Below are positions 39,009 through 50,389 of a stretch of 64,000 bases of DNA, in pieces. Under the pieces are notes generated by a model that was given only the letters and a program-made list of their open reading frames with translations, ran no database searches and had not been told where the DNA came from. The stretch's first letter is position 1; every line of letters begins with the position of its first letter. The position numbers and the translations under genes were made by a program. Location of the stretch: positions 186,001-250,000 of the forward strand of contig QPGO01000054.1 in the NCBI GenBank assembly GCA_008632985.1. The letters are read 5' to 3'. Source of the DNA: Psammoneis japonica (Eukaryota).

Positions 39009-39386
39009 ATGATCGATCCAATGGCAAATTTAGACGGAGGCGCCGCCCCTGGCGCCTCTACCAGTGATACAAATACCAAGGAAGTGTTTGATCCAGCCAT
39101 CCTTAATTTGAATTTGAAACGAATAGACACCATTCGATCGTTTATGGGAATTGTCTCTGGCTGTGTCGCTGGTATTTTCGGGCTGACGGGGCTTCAGGGT
39201 CTGGCATGCTTTGCATCTCTGCATACGTTGGTGGCTCTCTTTATTTGGGCCTTCAAGATGAATTGTAATCTCAAGGCGTACACGCGACAGTCCTTTCTTG
39301 GATATCTCACAACAAATCTTCAGGCGTGTGCCCTCTCTTTCATGCTCTTTTGGACTCTTTTTTATGGGCTGGTGTACCTGTTTTAG
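39009..39386 (+). CDS. EMC6: ER membrane protein complex subunit 6
   Basis: 125 aa. NLKRIDTIRSFMGIVSGCVAGIFGLTG and FMLFWTLFYGLVYLF match the Rab5ip/EMC6 pattern. Confidence 0.93.
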   Translation: MIDPMANLDGGAAPGASTSDTNTKEVFDPAILNLNLKRIDTIRSFMGIVSGCVAGIFGLTGLQGLACFASLHTLVALFIWAFKMNCNLKAYTRQSFLGYLTTNLQACALSFMLFWTLFYGLVYLF

Positions 39387-39637
39387 GACACTTTTCACAG
39401 TCAAGGGTGGAGTGTCGGAGGTTATGACGAAATAGGAAGTACGATTAGCATGGGGATGGCCGGAAGGAACTGCTTCAGTTAGTACGTGAAATGTCTTGTT
39501 TACGATTTGCGCTATTGGAGAAACTGCAAGTTCACGCAACACGCGAGGCGACGACTCCTACATAAAGTCTACCGGTAAAGCTACAAACATGTTACTTGTA
39601 CCGTGATCTCATTCGCATCTGACTGTCCAAAGTGTCC

Positions 39638-40354
39638 TTATCTCGGAGCACCAAATGCTTCCGGCATGCGTTCCACCGTGTACTTGTACCCGCTCACATA
39701 CATACATGGAACGCCCGGTATCTTTCGAATCCTTCCTCGCAATTCCTTGTCACATGTCGCGACTATAAAGCATCTCCATTGTTTGGCCATTTGAGTCAGG
39801 CAGTCATCCGCATAGCAGCCCTTGCAGTTGCAGGGGATGCGTTCAAAGCGAGGATCCTTTGCCAGTCGAAGAGCGATCTTGTACTTGCCACCCAGCTTTT
39901 CTAGTTCTCCCATGACACAATCCGTGATACATGGAATGCACTTGGCCAACAAGCAATCCATCATGGAACGAACAATGTCAAGCTTTTTTCTGTCGAGAGA
40001 AAGATGATGAAGACAAGAAATGAGATGGTGTCGATTGGACCAGACACAAAACATGCCTGAACAACATCTCGTTTCTTCAGTTACAAGCAAAACTTCACAA
40101 TCCATGACTTCTCACCTTATGCTAAAATTGATAAAGTTGGTATCGACCAGAACGTGATAAGGTGGTCCCAATTGTTCATTGTACTGAAAAAAGAGCGCAG
40201 ACACGGCTTGTTCGACTTGCCGTGGCTCTTCTTTCTTCTTCTCCTCTTCCCTTTTCTTTCTAGCTTTTTCAGATACAGATGCAATTCTTGTATCCTTGTG
40301 TGAAATTATTTTCTTGGTTACCGCAAACTTGCGAGTCTTCTTTGCCTTTCCCAT
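39638..40354 (-). CDS. FCF1: rRNA-processing PIN nuclease FCF1/UTP24, 2 exons
   Basis: Motifs [42 protein letters not shown] and YADDC..VATCD. Exons 40354-40116 and 39989-39638. Confidence 0.97.
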
Positions 40355-41127
40355 GGTCGTTTAGTTTGTTCTCTGCTGTATCAGTACGTCGTTGTGCGTG
40401 TGATGATCAAAAAATGCTTTTCCTGCTCACTCACGGAGAGAAGTAGAAGTCTAGGCGTTGACTGTGATTCGTCCAAAAGCGAATAGAACGGGTAGCGGGA
40501 TTGACGTTTGCAACTCTATGGCTGACGAGCTCAATAAGTCAAGAACAGGCCCTCGTACGTCGAGAGCTGTCGGAAGGGTGGGGGGAGGCGAGCTCCTGCT
40601 GACCAACTGTAGCGTGTACTCAGCGCAAGAAAGACAAGCTTTTGCTAAATCTATCAGTCAACGCAAAGACGTCCCGATCCTAAATACCAGTAAGTTTGTA
40701 AGACAACGAATTCAGCATGCGAATGTTGTTCGTTGTTGCATCATGTTCGTTGGTTTGTCTCGCGTGTCTGGGTGCTGGGTGCTGGGTGCTGGGCGGGTGT
40801 TGCTTGTGTGTTGGATGGTTGCGTGGTGTCGCGTTGTCGACTGGCGCCAGACAGACAAACGTCTGGCCGGATCCTAGCAGAAAGTCCGTCGTACGAACGT
40901 TTCTCATACAAGAAGTACATACGGTGAATTGTGTACAGGCATACCGTATTTGATTTCCCTGGAATTCATATGAATTCAATGGAATTCGAACGAATTCGTT
41001 CAATAAAAAAGATCGAAAGAAGTTCGACCTCTTTTCGTCTCACAATTTTGAGTTGCCAGTATTCTATTCCTACTCGCACCTCACGAAATATCTTCTTCTC
41101 TCAGAAAACACACACAGGCAATAAAAC

Positions 41128-41775
41128 ATGGTCGTATCTACCGCGCATAAGAAGCTCGTGATTGAAATCATCTCTGACGTTGTGTGTCCTTGGTGTTGGG
41201 TGGGAAAACGAAAGTTGGAAACGGCATTGAAAACATACAAGACGCCGTTGGAGGACGTTCAAGTGATTTGGCGTCCATATCAACTCAGGCCCAATACGCC
41301 AATCGAAGGTACTCCCAAGGCTCCCGACACTCCAGACAATCCTCGTGTGGGTCATCGTCTAAAACAAGCTGGCAAGAGCGTCGGGATCAACTTTTCAGGC
41401 AAGACGGATAGAACCCCGAACACGTTACTTGCGCACGCTCTATTGGAGTATTCCTTGGATCGTTATGGTTGGAAGAAACAAAACGAAGTCCAGGAAGCTA
41501 TCTTTCAGGCATACTTTACAGATGGCGTCTTTCCAAACGAGAAGAATCTGATCTCAATCGCTCAAACATGCGGTCTTGATACGGAAGGAGTCGAAGCAGC
41601 TCTTCAAGACAAGAAATTGGTAGACAAGGTTTCAACGTCTGTGCAGGAGAACTATTCGGCAGTACATGGACAGGGCGTTCCTTTCTTTATCTTTAACGGC
41701 CGCCCGGCCTTTTCTGGCGCGCAGGACGTGTCAACTTTTCATCAGGTGTTAGACGCAGTTTTGCTTGAAGATTGA
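41128..41775 (+). CDS. DsbA/FrnE-family thioredoxin-fold oxidoreductase
   Basis: Motifs ISDVVCPWCWVGKR, WRPYQLRP and GVPFFIFN..SGAQ. Confidence 0.93.
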   Translation: MVVSTAHKKLVIEIISDVVCPWCWVGKRKLETALKTYKTPLEDVQVIWRPYQLRPNTPIEGTPKAPDTPDNPRVGHRLKQAGKSVGINFSGKTDRTPNTLLAHALLEYSLDRYGWKKQNEVQEAIFQAYFTDGVFPNEKNLISIAQTCGLDTEGVEAALQDKKLVDKVSTSVQENYSAVHGQGVPFFIFNGRPAFSGAQDVSTFHQVLDAVLLED

Positions 41776-42161
41776 AGAATACGATGTGGACCAAATTTGC
41801 ATAGTGCTTTAAGATAAAACTTAAAAACCTGTACTTATCGTTTCTCTAAATTAGCCGACTGTAAGTCGAGTTTGATTGAGGAGTGAAATGAAAGCAGGGG
41901 TTGGACGGTAAATAAGGATGTATGTAGGAATTTCGTCGATGATTCAACTTGTGAAATTGAAAATCTCCTTCCGAGACAGTTTGTCTGTCACCCGACACCC
42001 ACCCCCACTGCGCACTGCGCCGCCGCCGCCGCTCGCCGCCAACTTCAAACTCTACCGGTAAGACCGACCATGATACCCTCTCTTTTTTGACACTGAACGT
42101 ACAAGCTCGCACCCGCTGTCACGTATCAACTCTCAACACAAAGCGCATACATAGATAAACA

Positions 42162-42659
42162 ATGTCAGATCGTAAGGCACGACTTGCAGCTCTTGCAGCC
42201 AAGGCCGGGCGAACCAAGCCCGAGTTGGCAGCACCAGAAGCAATGGACGAGGACGAGACAACAGCAACACAAGGAACTTCTGACCAGCAGCCACAAGTCA
42301 AGTTTCGAAATTATGTTCCCACATCCAATGCGCTAGAGAACAGCGAATCATCGTCTCCACCTACAAAAAAGGCCCGAACAAACGAAGAATCTCAAGAGGA
42401 TAAAACGAAGAAATCGTCCGCTTTGGAACAGGCCTTGGCCAAGGCGCAAGAAGAAGCAAAGACAGTGTCGAGCTCCAACGACGTAGCAGCTATGGGACCG
42501 AAAAAGATCAATTGGGATCTGAAAAGAGACATTCAATCAAAGATGGAAAAACTAGAGCGACGAACACAACGGGCGATTGTTGAACTTTTGCGAGAGCGAC
42601 TAGAAAAGGAAGCGGCTGAGGACAATCAGGATGAAGACTCGGACTCCGATTTAGATTGA
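42162..42659 (+). CDS. CWF18: Splicing factor Cwf18/CCDC12
   Basis: Motifs RKARLAAL, KFRNYVP and PKKINWDLKRDIQSKMEKLERRTQRAIVEL. Confidence 0.93.
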   Translation: MSDRKARLAALAAKAGRTKPELAAPEAMDEDETTATQGTSDQQPQVKFRNYVPTSNALENSESSSPPTKKARTNEESQEDKTKKSSALEQALAKAQEEAKTVSSSNDVAAMGPKKINWDLKRDIQSKMEKLERRTQRAIVELLRERLEKEAAEDNQDEDSDSDLD

Positions 42660-43424
42660 CTTCTGTATAAAATAGAAGCACGGCTTAATAATGATGCAGG
42701 GAATTCTAGAGACCCTATGCCTGAGAGAATTCTGTGCAACGTACTTCAAGCGGAGAACGGAGGCTGTGATAAACTTGAACGATGTAGGTTATTCTGAAAC
42801 AAAACCACAATGTTTTTATGGGGTATAGCTGCTTTTGATCTATCTTAGATTTGTAGGCTCTTTTCCTAATAACCCGTCGGCATTGAAATCATGGGCTTCC
42901 TCTATTTCAGGAGGGTCCTGTCAAATCATTGACGGCGTCAATTCAATTCAATCTTAAAATTTACACCGCTATTTTCAGCGGCCACCTACGGCTTAGTCAC
43001 GCCTGATTTTCCCTTTCATCCCCCTTATGCTCGACTTCATGCAAGGAAATGGCCCGAGGCCACTAAACGTATGGTGACAATGAGTACGAAGTCCCTTTCA
43101 AATTGTGAAAGTAGCTGTCCCTGCTTACTCCATAGGTGGGTGGATTGTGATTTGCTGCATGTGTAAAAGGAACTGAGTGTTGTTTGTCGCAGTCCGGTCC
43201 ATTCTGTGTTCTTGCGCTTGTCATAATCTTGTCTGCAACCTTGAGAAATAGATGGGGTACTACTGTAACTTTAACTGAGGTACCCTATCTCGATCTCGTG
43301 TACTAAAGGTTTTATATGCATTCAAATTATTTCTCCTCCTGTGGCTGTGAAAAACTTTGCTAGTTGCGCGGGAAAAGTATCGTGTAATTGATGAAAAGGG
43401 TGTGGAAGATGACGCATCAGATCC

Positions 43425-45953
43425 TTAGGCATCGCAAAGTGGAACCAGCGTTTCGCCCAGTTCGTCCATGATGTTCCAAATAGCGGTGTTGCTATTGGTG
43501 ATACTCTCCTTCCACTTTTTGGAAGCTCGCTCGGCCTTGGCTACCGCAAGTTTTGGCTTAATGACGTTGTCTAGGAAAGCCTTGTCGAGTATGTGCTTGT
43601 TCTCGTACACACCCACAAAGTCCTCCACCAATTCAATTGCACAGGCACTTGCTTGTTTGCCGATGGCTTTGGCAAGGCCAGGTTTGGCATCATTAAGACC
43701 CTCAATCAATTTAATTGCAGACCTAAGATTTCGAAGGGAAGCAGCCACTTTGCCCTTCTTCATGATGCTCTGAGTAGCAGCCACCTTGCGTCGAGACGCA
43801 TCGTATGCCTTCTGTCCATCTCCAAGTTTAGTGCGTCTCCCGTAGGTTGAAAGAAGGTTGTCAAGGCACGACGTGTACGCACAAGTAACCTCATGAAAGC
43901 CGTCGGGAAATGGACCGTCGGGTGCCCTGATTTGAAACTGAAACAATGTTACGCCGCCATTACCGGTGCTCACTGCAACACGATCTCCGTCGCCCGAGAC
44001 AGATACTTTGCTTCCAAACGAGTCTTGTCTATCAAACGAGTTTTCCGTTTCCGGAGGATTGAGATCCTCTCCTGTTTGACTCCACGCTGATCCATCAAAG
44101 TCGTAGACCCGTGCTATTCCCACATCTTCGCTGCCTTGTGGGAATCCAACGCCTAAACGATTACCGTCGCTAGACATGGATGCGGTAACACCAGTAGCCG
44201 TATTGATGTCGCTCGCCTTGACTGCTATTCTTCCAGATTTCTTCCAAGATGTCCCGACTAAGCGGAACGACTTAAAAATAGTGTCTGCCGATTCAACGGA
44301 AGAATCCTTCATGGCAGTTACAATGTGATCACCCTCAGCTGACAATGCCATAAACAATCCTTTGAGATTGGGTCCAATCTGACTCCAAGAAGACCCCTTC
44401 TCTTCGTAGACCTGTACTTCTGATGCACCCCAGACCCCTTGGCCCAGCCGGGTTGACACCGCAATACGCTTTCCGTCTCGAGACAAGTGTACGTTTCGAG
44501 AACGAACGCTGATACTCGAAGACTGTACCCACGAAGCTCCTTTCATGTCGTAAACATAAATTGTAGGGCCAAAGTCATTAACTGCCGTGATAAAGCGGAG
44601 GCCATCTTCTGAGATTTGTACTGCAGTTCCTAATTGTTGGTTTGCGTAGGTACCGTTGATGGTCGCGATACTTTTCAAGGTAGCACCATTCCAATCGTAA
44701 ATGGTTACACTTCCAATATCCGTATCGCCGGGTTCGCCGTGGCCATCATCATCGTAAGGGACGGTCGGTGCCGCCGAGGGTGCATTGGCGCAACACTGGA
44801 CGCCAAACGATTGCACCTCACCACAACTGTACTCTTCGTCCGGATTGTTCCCCGAAAATTCCAATCTACCACAGTCAGCTAACAGCTCACCCACCAACAC
44901 GGTTCGATTCGGATCCGGAACCACTTCGCCATTACTGCACACACGACATGCATCTTTACTAGCCATAGGATTGTCACATCCACAGTACAGCCCCAGCGTG
45001 TTTTGAAAGGCAGGACAGGACTCGTCGTGAGGATCGCGACGATAGCCAGCACCCGCAACATCTAGACAGGTGTGTCGAAAGAAAATCTGCCGTCCCAACG
45101 TTTCAGGAGGAATCGCAGAGCCGTCTTCGCATAGGTCACAAAATGGTACACTGACTTGGCATCCGCAATGCTTGACTCCCACATAGAACGCTGAATTACA
45201 TTGCCGAGAAGTAAGTTCAGCAGCCATGAGTTGGTATTCGTAGCAGGTGAGTGTACCTAGAATTGGGTCGTCTTGAATGGCAATCTTTTCCCAGGAGTCC
45301 TGGGGAATCAACGATCCATCCGAACAAATGGAGGAACAGGCTTGTTCATACTCATAATCATAATCGTCGTCAGCTGGATACTCATAATCGTCGTCTACGT
45401 ACACATCATCGTCATCGTCGTAGCCTTCTTCAGCTGGAGAGTCATCCTCTGGATTTCCAACAACGATACGTGAGCCGTCTTTAGACATGGACAAGGATGC
45501 GCCTCCCCTCGTCAACACGTACTCCCATGTTGAAGTAGATTCATTCCAGTCGTACAAGGTAAACCGGCCGACATTGTCGTCGCGGATTATATAATCCGCG
45601 AACAGTAAGACGGCAAGACGTTTTCCATCGGATGTTAGCAGAACCTGGCCCAGAAAATCATATCCCTGACCCTGGATTTGATTCCCAAGCTGGATCCATC
45701 CTCCTTTGCGTACGAGATTGCGACGATCGCGGAGATCAGGTGGTCGATGATTCGAGGTGATGCCTTCTGTAGTGAAATGTGATGACGAAGAAAAGGAAGA
45801 AGGACGCCCGACCGAAGTAGGCTTGATCCCGCCTTTCACAATGCCTGAAGAGAGGCGGTTCGAAACGATAGCAAATGGAATGAACAATGTCGCACACAGC
45901 AGAAGAGCAACAATTCTATCTTTCTGCGCGTTGCCACTGTACCCCACAATCAT
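43425..45953 (-). CDS. Secreted or membrane-anchored beta-propeller protein with inserted Cys-rich repeats
   Basis: 842 aa with an N-terminal TM segment. Repeats W.Q.G and (L/M)S.DG.R(L/I)AV are interrupted by an acidic tract and three C..C.(D/N)G..IP modules. Helical C-terminus. Confidence 0.8.
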   Translation of the reverse strand: MIVGYSGNAQKDRIVALLLCATLFIPFAIVSNRLSSGIVKGGIKPTSVGRPSSFSSSSHFTTEGITSNHRPPDLRDRRNLVRKGGWIQLGNQIQGQGYDFLGQVLLTSDGKRLAVLLFADYIIRDDNVGRFTLYDWNESTSTWEYVLTRGGASLSMSKDGSRIVVGNPEDDSPAEEGYDDDDDVYVDDDYEYPADDDYDYEYEQACSSICSDGSLIPQDSWEKIAIQDDPILGTLTCYEYQLMAAELTSRQCNSAFYVGVKHCGCQVSVPFCDLCEDGSAIPPETLGRQIFFRHTCLDVAGAGYRRDPHDESCPAFQNTLGLYCGCDNPMASKDACRVCSNGEVVPDPNRTVLVGELLADCGRLEFSGNNPDEEYSCGEVQSFGVQCCANAPSAAPTVPYDDDGHGEPGDTDIGSVTIYDWNGATLKSIATINGTYANQQLGTAVQISEDGLRFITAVNDFGPTIYVYDMKGASWVQSSSISVRSRNVHLSRDGKRIAVSTRLGQGVWGASEVQVYEEKGSSWSQIGPNLKGLFMALSAEGDHIVTAMKDSSVESADTIFKSFRLVGTSWKKSGRIAVKASDINTATGVTASMSSDGNRLGVGFPQGSEDVGIARVYDFDGSAWSQTGEDLNPPETENSFDRQDSFGSKVSVSGDGDRVAVSTGNGGVTLFQFQIRAPDGPFPDGFHEVTCAYTSCLDNLLSTYGRRTKLGDGQKAYDASRRKVAATQSIMKKGKVAASLRNLRSAIKLIEGLNDAKPGLAKAIGKQASACAIELVEDFVGVYENKHILDKAFLDNVIKPKLAVAKAERASKKWKESITNSNTAIWNIMDELGETLVPLCDA

Positions 45954-48900
45954 TGTTTAAAAGCAGTAGCAGCCGTCGTGGCACTTGCACTAAACTTAGA
46001 GGATAGACACAGAGAAGGAAAAGCTTTGAAGAATTCTTCTCCTTTATTTTTCAGACGAGTTATTGTCGTCTCAGCATTATTTATTATTTTTGATGTTGAT
46101 GTGAGCAGATGCCCGCCTCCCCTCATGTGTCAAGGAGCGAAGTTCTCTCTCGCTCGTGATTTATGATTTATGATCTGTGGGAAATCTTTGGTCGGAACAC
46201 GTATGTACAGTACGCAGATTTCTCGGTGTCAACTAATTATATAACATTAATGTTTATTCAGATCCAGAGATGTTCATTACATTTCGCGGCAGGCTGCGTG
46301 TGTGCAGTGCTGTACAGCACGGCACCGCGCGTTATTCTTGTTTTGAGTTTCTGGATGTGGTGGTTGTGGTTTGGTTGTTCTGGTTGGAATGGATCAGTTG
46401 CCATCTGCGATTGATTTCCGCATTTGGGCACTGGGCTTTCCGATTCAGCACGTTGTTGTTGCAATCATTTGTTTTTTGTCTTTCGCAGCAAGTGCACAGT
46501 GCAGCAGCTCTGTGTTGCAGGGTGTCAGAGACTGAATCACTTTTTCACATCAGAGACAGGAGCATCGCAATGTCATGGGTGTGTGGCAAATCCAGTGGTC
46601 AAAAGGAGCAAGAGTGATGATGTGTGAAAAAGCATTGCATCTCAATGATGCAGAACTGAGGAACTGTGCACAGTGGGCGCATTCTTGTGTGTGTGGCACC
46701 CCACCAACTTCCCCCCACAAGCGAGATGAGGACTTAAAACCAAGAAGCTGCAAGCTCTCCCACAACAGGGAGCTCTCTTGTTCAGCCATCTGACTCTCCA
46801 CTGTCCAGTGTGCAAAGTGGCAGACATCTTCTGCACTCTCAATTGTGCTGCTCAGCAAGTTGCAGGCTCTGTCACACTTTCTGAAGAGGTGTGTGCCTCC
46901 CACTTGGTTTTGGATGCCCCTGGCTGCCAAGGGAGGACTCTTGGTGGACTGTGCCATCCCAGCATTTGGCAAGCCCCCTTCTTCCCACTGAGCTGAGGCA
47001 TGTGGTGTGTCATCTTGCTGTCATTTTTTTTCAACTCATGGAGCACTCTGTGGTGGCTGCCACATCTGAGCTTGACGCCTCCTCCCTGGTCTGCACAACA
47101 ACAAGGCTCTGGCAAGCACAACCCTGCACTTTTGGACACCATGCTCTCCACCAGCTGAAGATGACAAAACTCTTTGAACAGAGAGTGCCAGCAAAACTTT
47201 TGTCAGCAGAGTCATTTGGCTGACACCATGTCTTTTTGCTGGGGTGCCATCAACAAGGAGTGTTGCTTGGCCACAGCCGCCATCACTCACACAGCTGGCA
47301 ATTCAGGCTCCCACACCACCAAGGCAAGTTGGCCCCAGTTGACACTCTGCCCCTGGAGGCCAGGATTTTTGATGTGCAGGCAAAACAAACTGCTGGAAGT
47401 TGTTGAGAAATTCATTTAAGATCCGCACAAATTGTCCCCTGTTTTCCTTGCTGCTTGGCAGCCAACCTCATTGTGAATGGCACCATGCTGGGATCTCATC
47501 ATTTTCAGGAGAGCACTTGATTTACAGCTTTGGACCCTCTCCTGGTTGCTTGCACAAACAAAAGTTCTCTTGGTCTGACAACATTTGTGGTCAAGTTGAC
47601 TGGCACTCACACAAGCTCCTCACAAGCAGACACATCTGTGAGCAGGCTTTGTGGGGTGAAGCCAGTGTGAGACCTCCTCTCTGAGAATGAAGTTGCACAT
47701 CATTGAAACTCTGCATGCCCCAACTGCTGCATTTTGTGTTGACATCCAATGGAGGATTGGGGCTGCATCCTTGGATGCCCACACAACCATGGTTGGCACA
47801 CCAAGTGTCTTCTTTTGCTGGGTCTCCAGGCATGATGCAACCAACTGGGTGCCACCATGCCCCTGCTTTGTGACCTCATTTCTGGCACAGAGGCCTGGTT
47901 TGAGGAAGAAATGTTCCTTGCAGCCACAATCTTTCACTCTGACAAGTGGCTGAACCCCAAGATGACATTGGAGACAAAGCTTCAGCAGTCACTTCTCAGT
48001 GCACTGGTCCCTTGCACAGCATGCTTGCTTTTTGTAGCCAGGCCTGTGGCAACAGCCAGTGTGAATCCAAAAAAAGAGGAACCCAACTGGAGACAGCTCA
48101 AATGGGTGCATGCAGCCAGGTGCAAATGTGGAGTGAATTGCAGGAAGAACACAATCAGACACAGTCACAATGAGTGTGAGAGCAATGTAGATTGGTCAAA
48201 GTGGAGCTCACAGAGTCATTTGCCAATGCAGGTGGAGCACTTGGCAAAAGACACAGGGACCACACTTGTGCAAAACTGTGAACAAGTGTCTCACCCATTC
48301 AACATCAAGAGTGCACAGTTGGTTTTCAATGATGAAGCCAGTCTTCAAACCCAGTGCCAACAATGTGAAAGGCCTCACAGCACAAGGTGTGCAGGCCATT
48401 GCAAGTCATTTGATTTAGATGGATGCCTCAAAACGGTGCCAGAACAGGCTGCTCCTGATTGCTTTTGCTCAGCTGACAGCATGGATGTCAGCCTGTTGCC
48501 ATTTGCTGTCACATGCTGGCTGACAAGAAAAGGATTGGGGAGAGCCACAAACAGCTCCACAAGATGCTCCAAAAGAGAAATTTTTTGTTTTTTTGTCATG
48601 CACATTAGAGGCACAAAGGAAGTGGTGCTGTGAGGTTGATGCAATTCACCATGTGCATCCAGTTGTGCATCAGCAAAGAGTTGGCTTTGGTTGGCCCATG
48701 CCAGCATCCTAACTGCAAGTGCCCCATTGCAGTGTGTGTGCAGTGCAACATCCCTGGTGACACTCCCAACCCCCTTCCTCACATGGCCCCTTTCTCCTCC
48801 AACCACCAGCCAGCTCCACAGTTGAAGGGGTGCCTGGAAACTGCAGTGCAGCTGGACTGGGGTGTGGTGTGTCCCTTGTTTCTTGTTGAAACAACAGCAA

Positions 48901-49139
48901 GAGCAACTTTTGTCAACTGGATTTTGGTTGTGATGTGCTGAGCTGTTTTTTTGTGCACCCAACAACATCAAAGACAGATTTGTCAAGAAGAGCAATGACA
49001 ACATTGCATTTGACAAAGTGACCCAGCATCAAAAAAAGACCAAATCAAATTTTTAAGTGCTGTCACTCCTTTGCCAGCCAGGCCAGCACCAGCTGATCCA
49101 CACTCCCAGTGCACTGCATCACATGGCAGGTGCTTGCAT

Positions 49140-50066
49140 GGGATTGGCCAGAATGGGCACCATCAGAAGGTGACACCACACTGAAACAACTGGAATGGAA
49201 AAGATGACAATTGGAATTTGCTGCAAGTCTTTTTGATGACACACATGTTGGCTGCACAAAAAAACCAGATCACCACAGCAGTGTGGCAAAAGGGGACAAG
49301 GACTGGCCGGCATGGGTGTCACCTTCCTGTGATGCCCTGCCAAAGCAGGTGCAGAGTGCTTCGCCTTTCTGATGCTGGCTCTCAGTCTTGGTTTGATTGC
49401 AGCAACCAAGTGTTGCACTGTGGAAAAGTGCTGTGTGTCACATGCTCTTCCAGTGAGTCCAGCCACAAGAGCTTCTTGATCTTGCAGCTTGAGGCATTCT
49501 TGGCATTTGTTGCACGTGACAGCAAGCTCTGCCTCTGTTTGTTGGCATTGCAAGGAAATGGAGGAAAATGTGTGTGAAGTCACCTTGAAAGTTTGTCATC
49601 TCCACCCTGTCAAGGTCAAAGAGGCAATTGAGCATTGGTCCACCCACCCCCTTCATGTTGGAGCTTGCATGATGCTCCACCAAATGAACTTCAGTGTGCA
49701 CAGTCCATTCAATGGCTCTTGTGCTGGAAGTCTGTGGCACCTTTGTGGTGCACTTGAGGAATTCAACCCTCTTGTTGGATTGCCAGTGCAGAGCTCTTGA
49801 CTGCTCTGCAGCCACAGCATGCCCCACCTCTAAATGTTTTTTTTTCCATTTCATTGCACTGCAATTGTTTTGCCATTTTGCTGTGTTCAATTCTTGGTCT
49901 TTGTTTGCCTGATGCAGTTCCTTGGCAGGAGCCTGCACAGGATTGGCCAGAATGGGCCCCACCAGCAGAAGGTGACACCCCACTGAAACAACTGGAGAAT
50001 GGAAAAGATGACACTTGGAATTTGCTGCAGTCATTTTATTTTGATGACACACACATTGGCTGCACC
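49140..50066 (+). repeat. Direct repeat pair, about 49140-49257 and about 49940-50066
   Basis: GATTGGCCAGAATGGGC..CTGAAACAACTGGA..TTGGAATTTGCTGCA..TTGATGACACACA occurs twice. Confidence 0.85.
49285..49560 (-). mobile_element. Degenerate LINE 3' end related to 30025-30400
   Basis: QCQQTEAELAVTCNKCQE..AAIKPRLRASIRKAKHSAP..GHHRKVTP aligns with QCQSEAEHATVCCNKCQE..APIKLHLKESTTKAKHSV..GHHQKVTP. Confidence 0.55.
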
Positions 50067-50389
50067 ACAACAGCAGAAAACAGTTGCACTCAGAGAGTGC
50101 TTCCACAGAAGCCACAATGGAAACCAAATGCACCTGGGGAGTTGCTTGAAAAGCAAACACCAACTTGCATCAGAAGGTGGCTCATTTGCATGCCAAGAAG
50201 AACTGCAGCAAGAACACAAACAGATCTTTGCTCAAAGCAGTGAGGCTCAACAAGCCAGTGCAGAGAAGAAGGGCAGCACAACAGGACTTGCAGGCATGCA
50301 ACAGAAAGCTGTCTTGAAGATGGGGCCAGTTGGTCTTTGGAAAAACACCTGTCTCATGTGGAAACCATGCTGGATCTTTTGCATGAATG

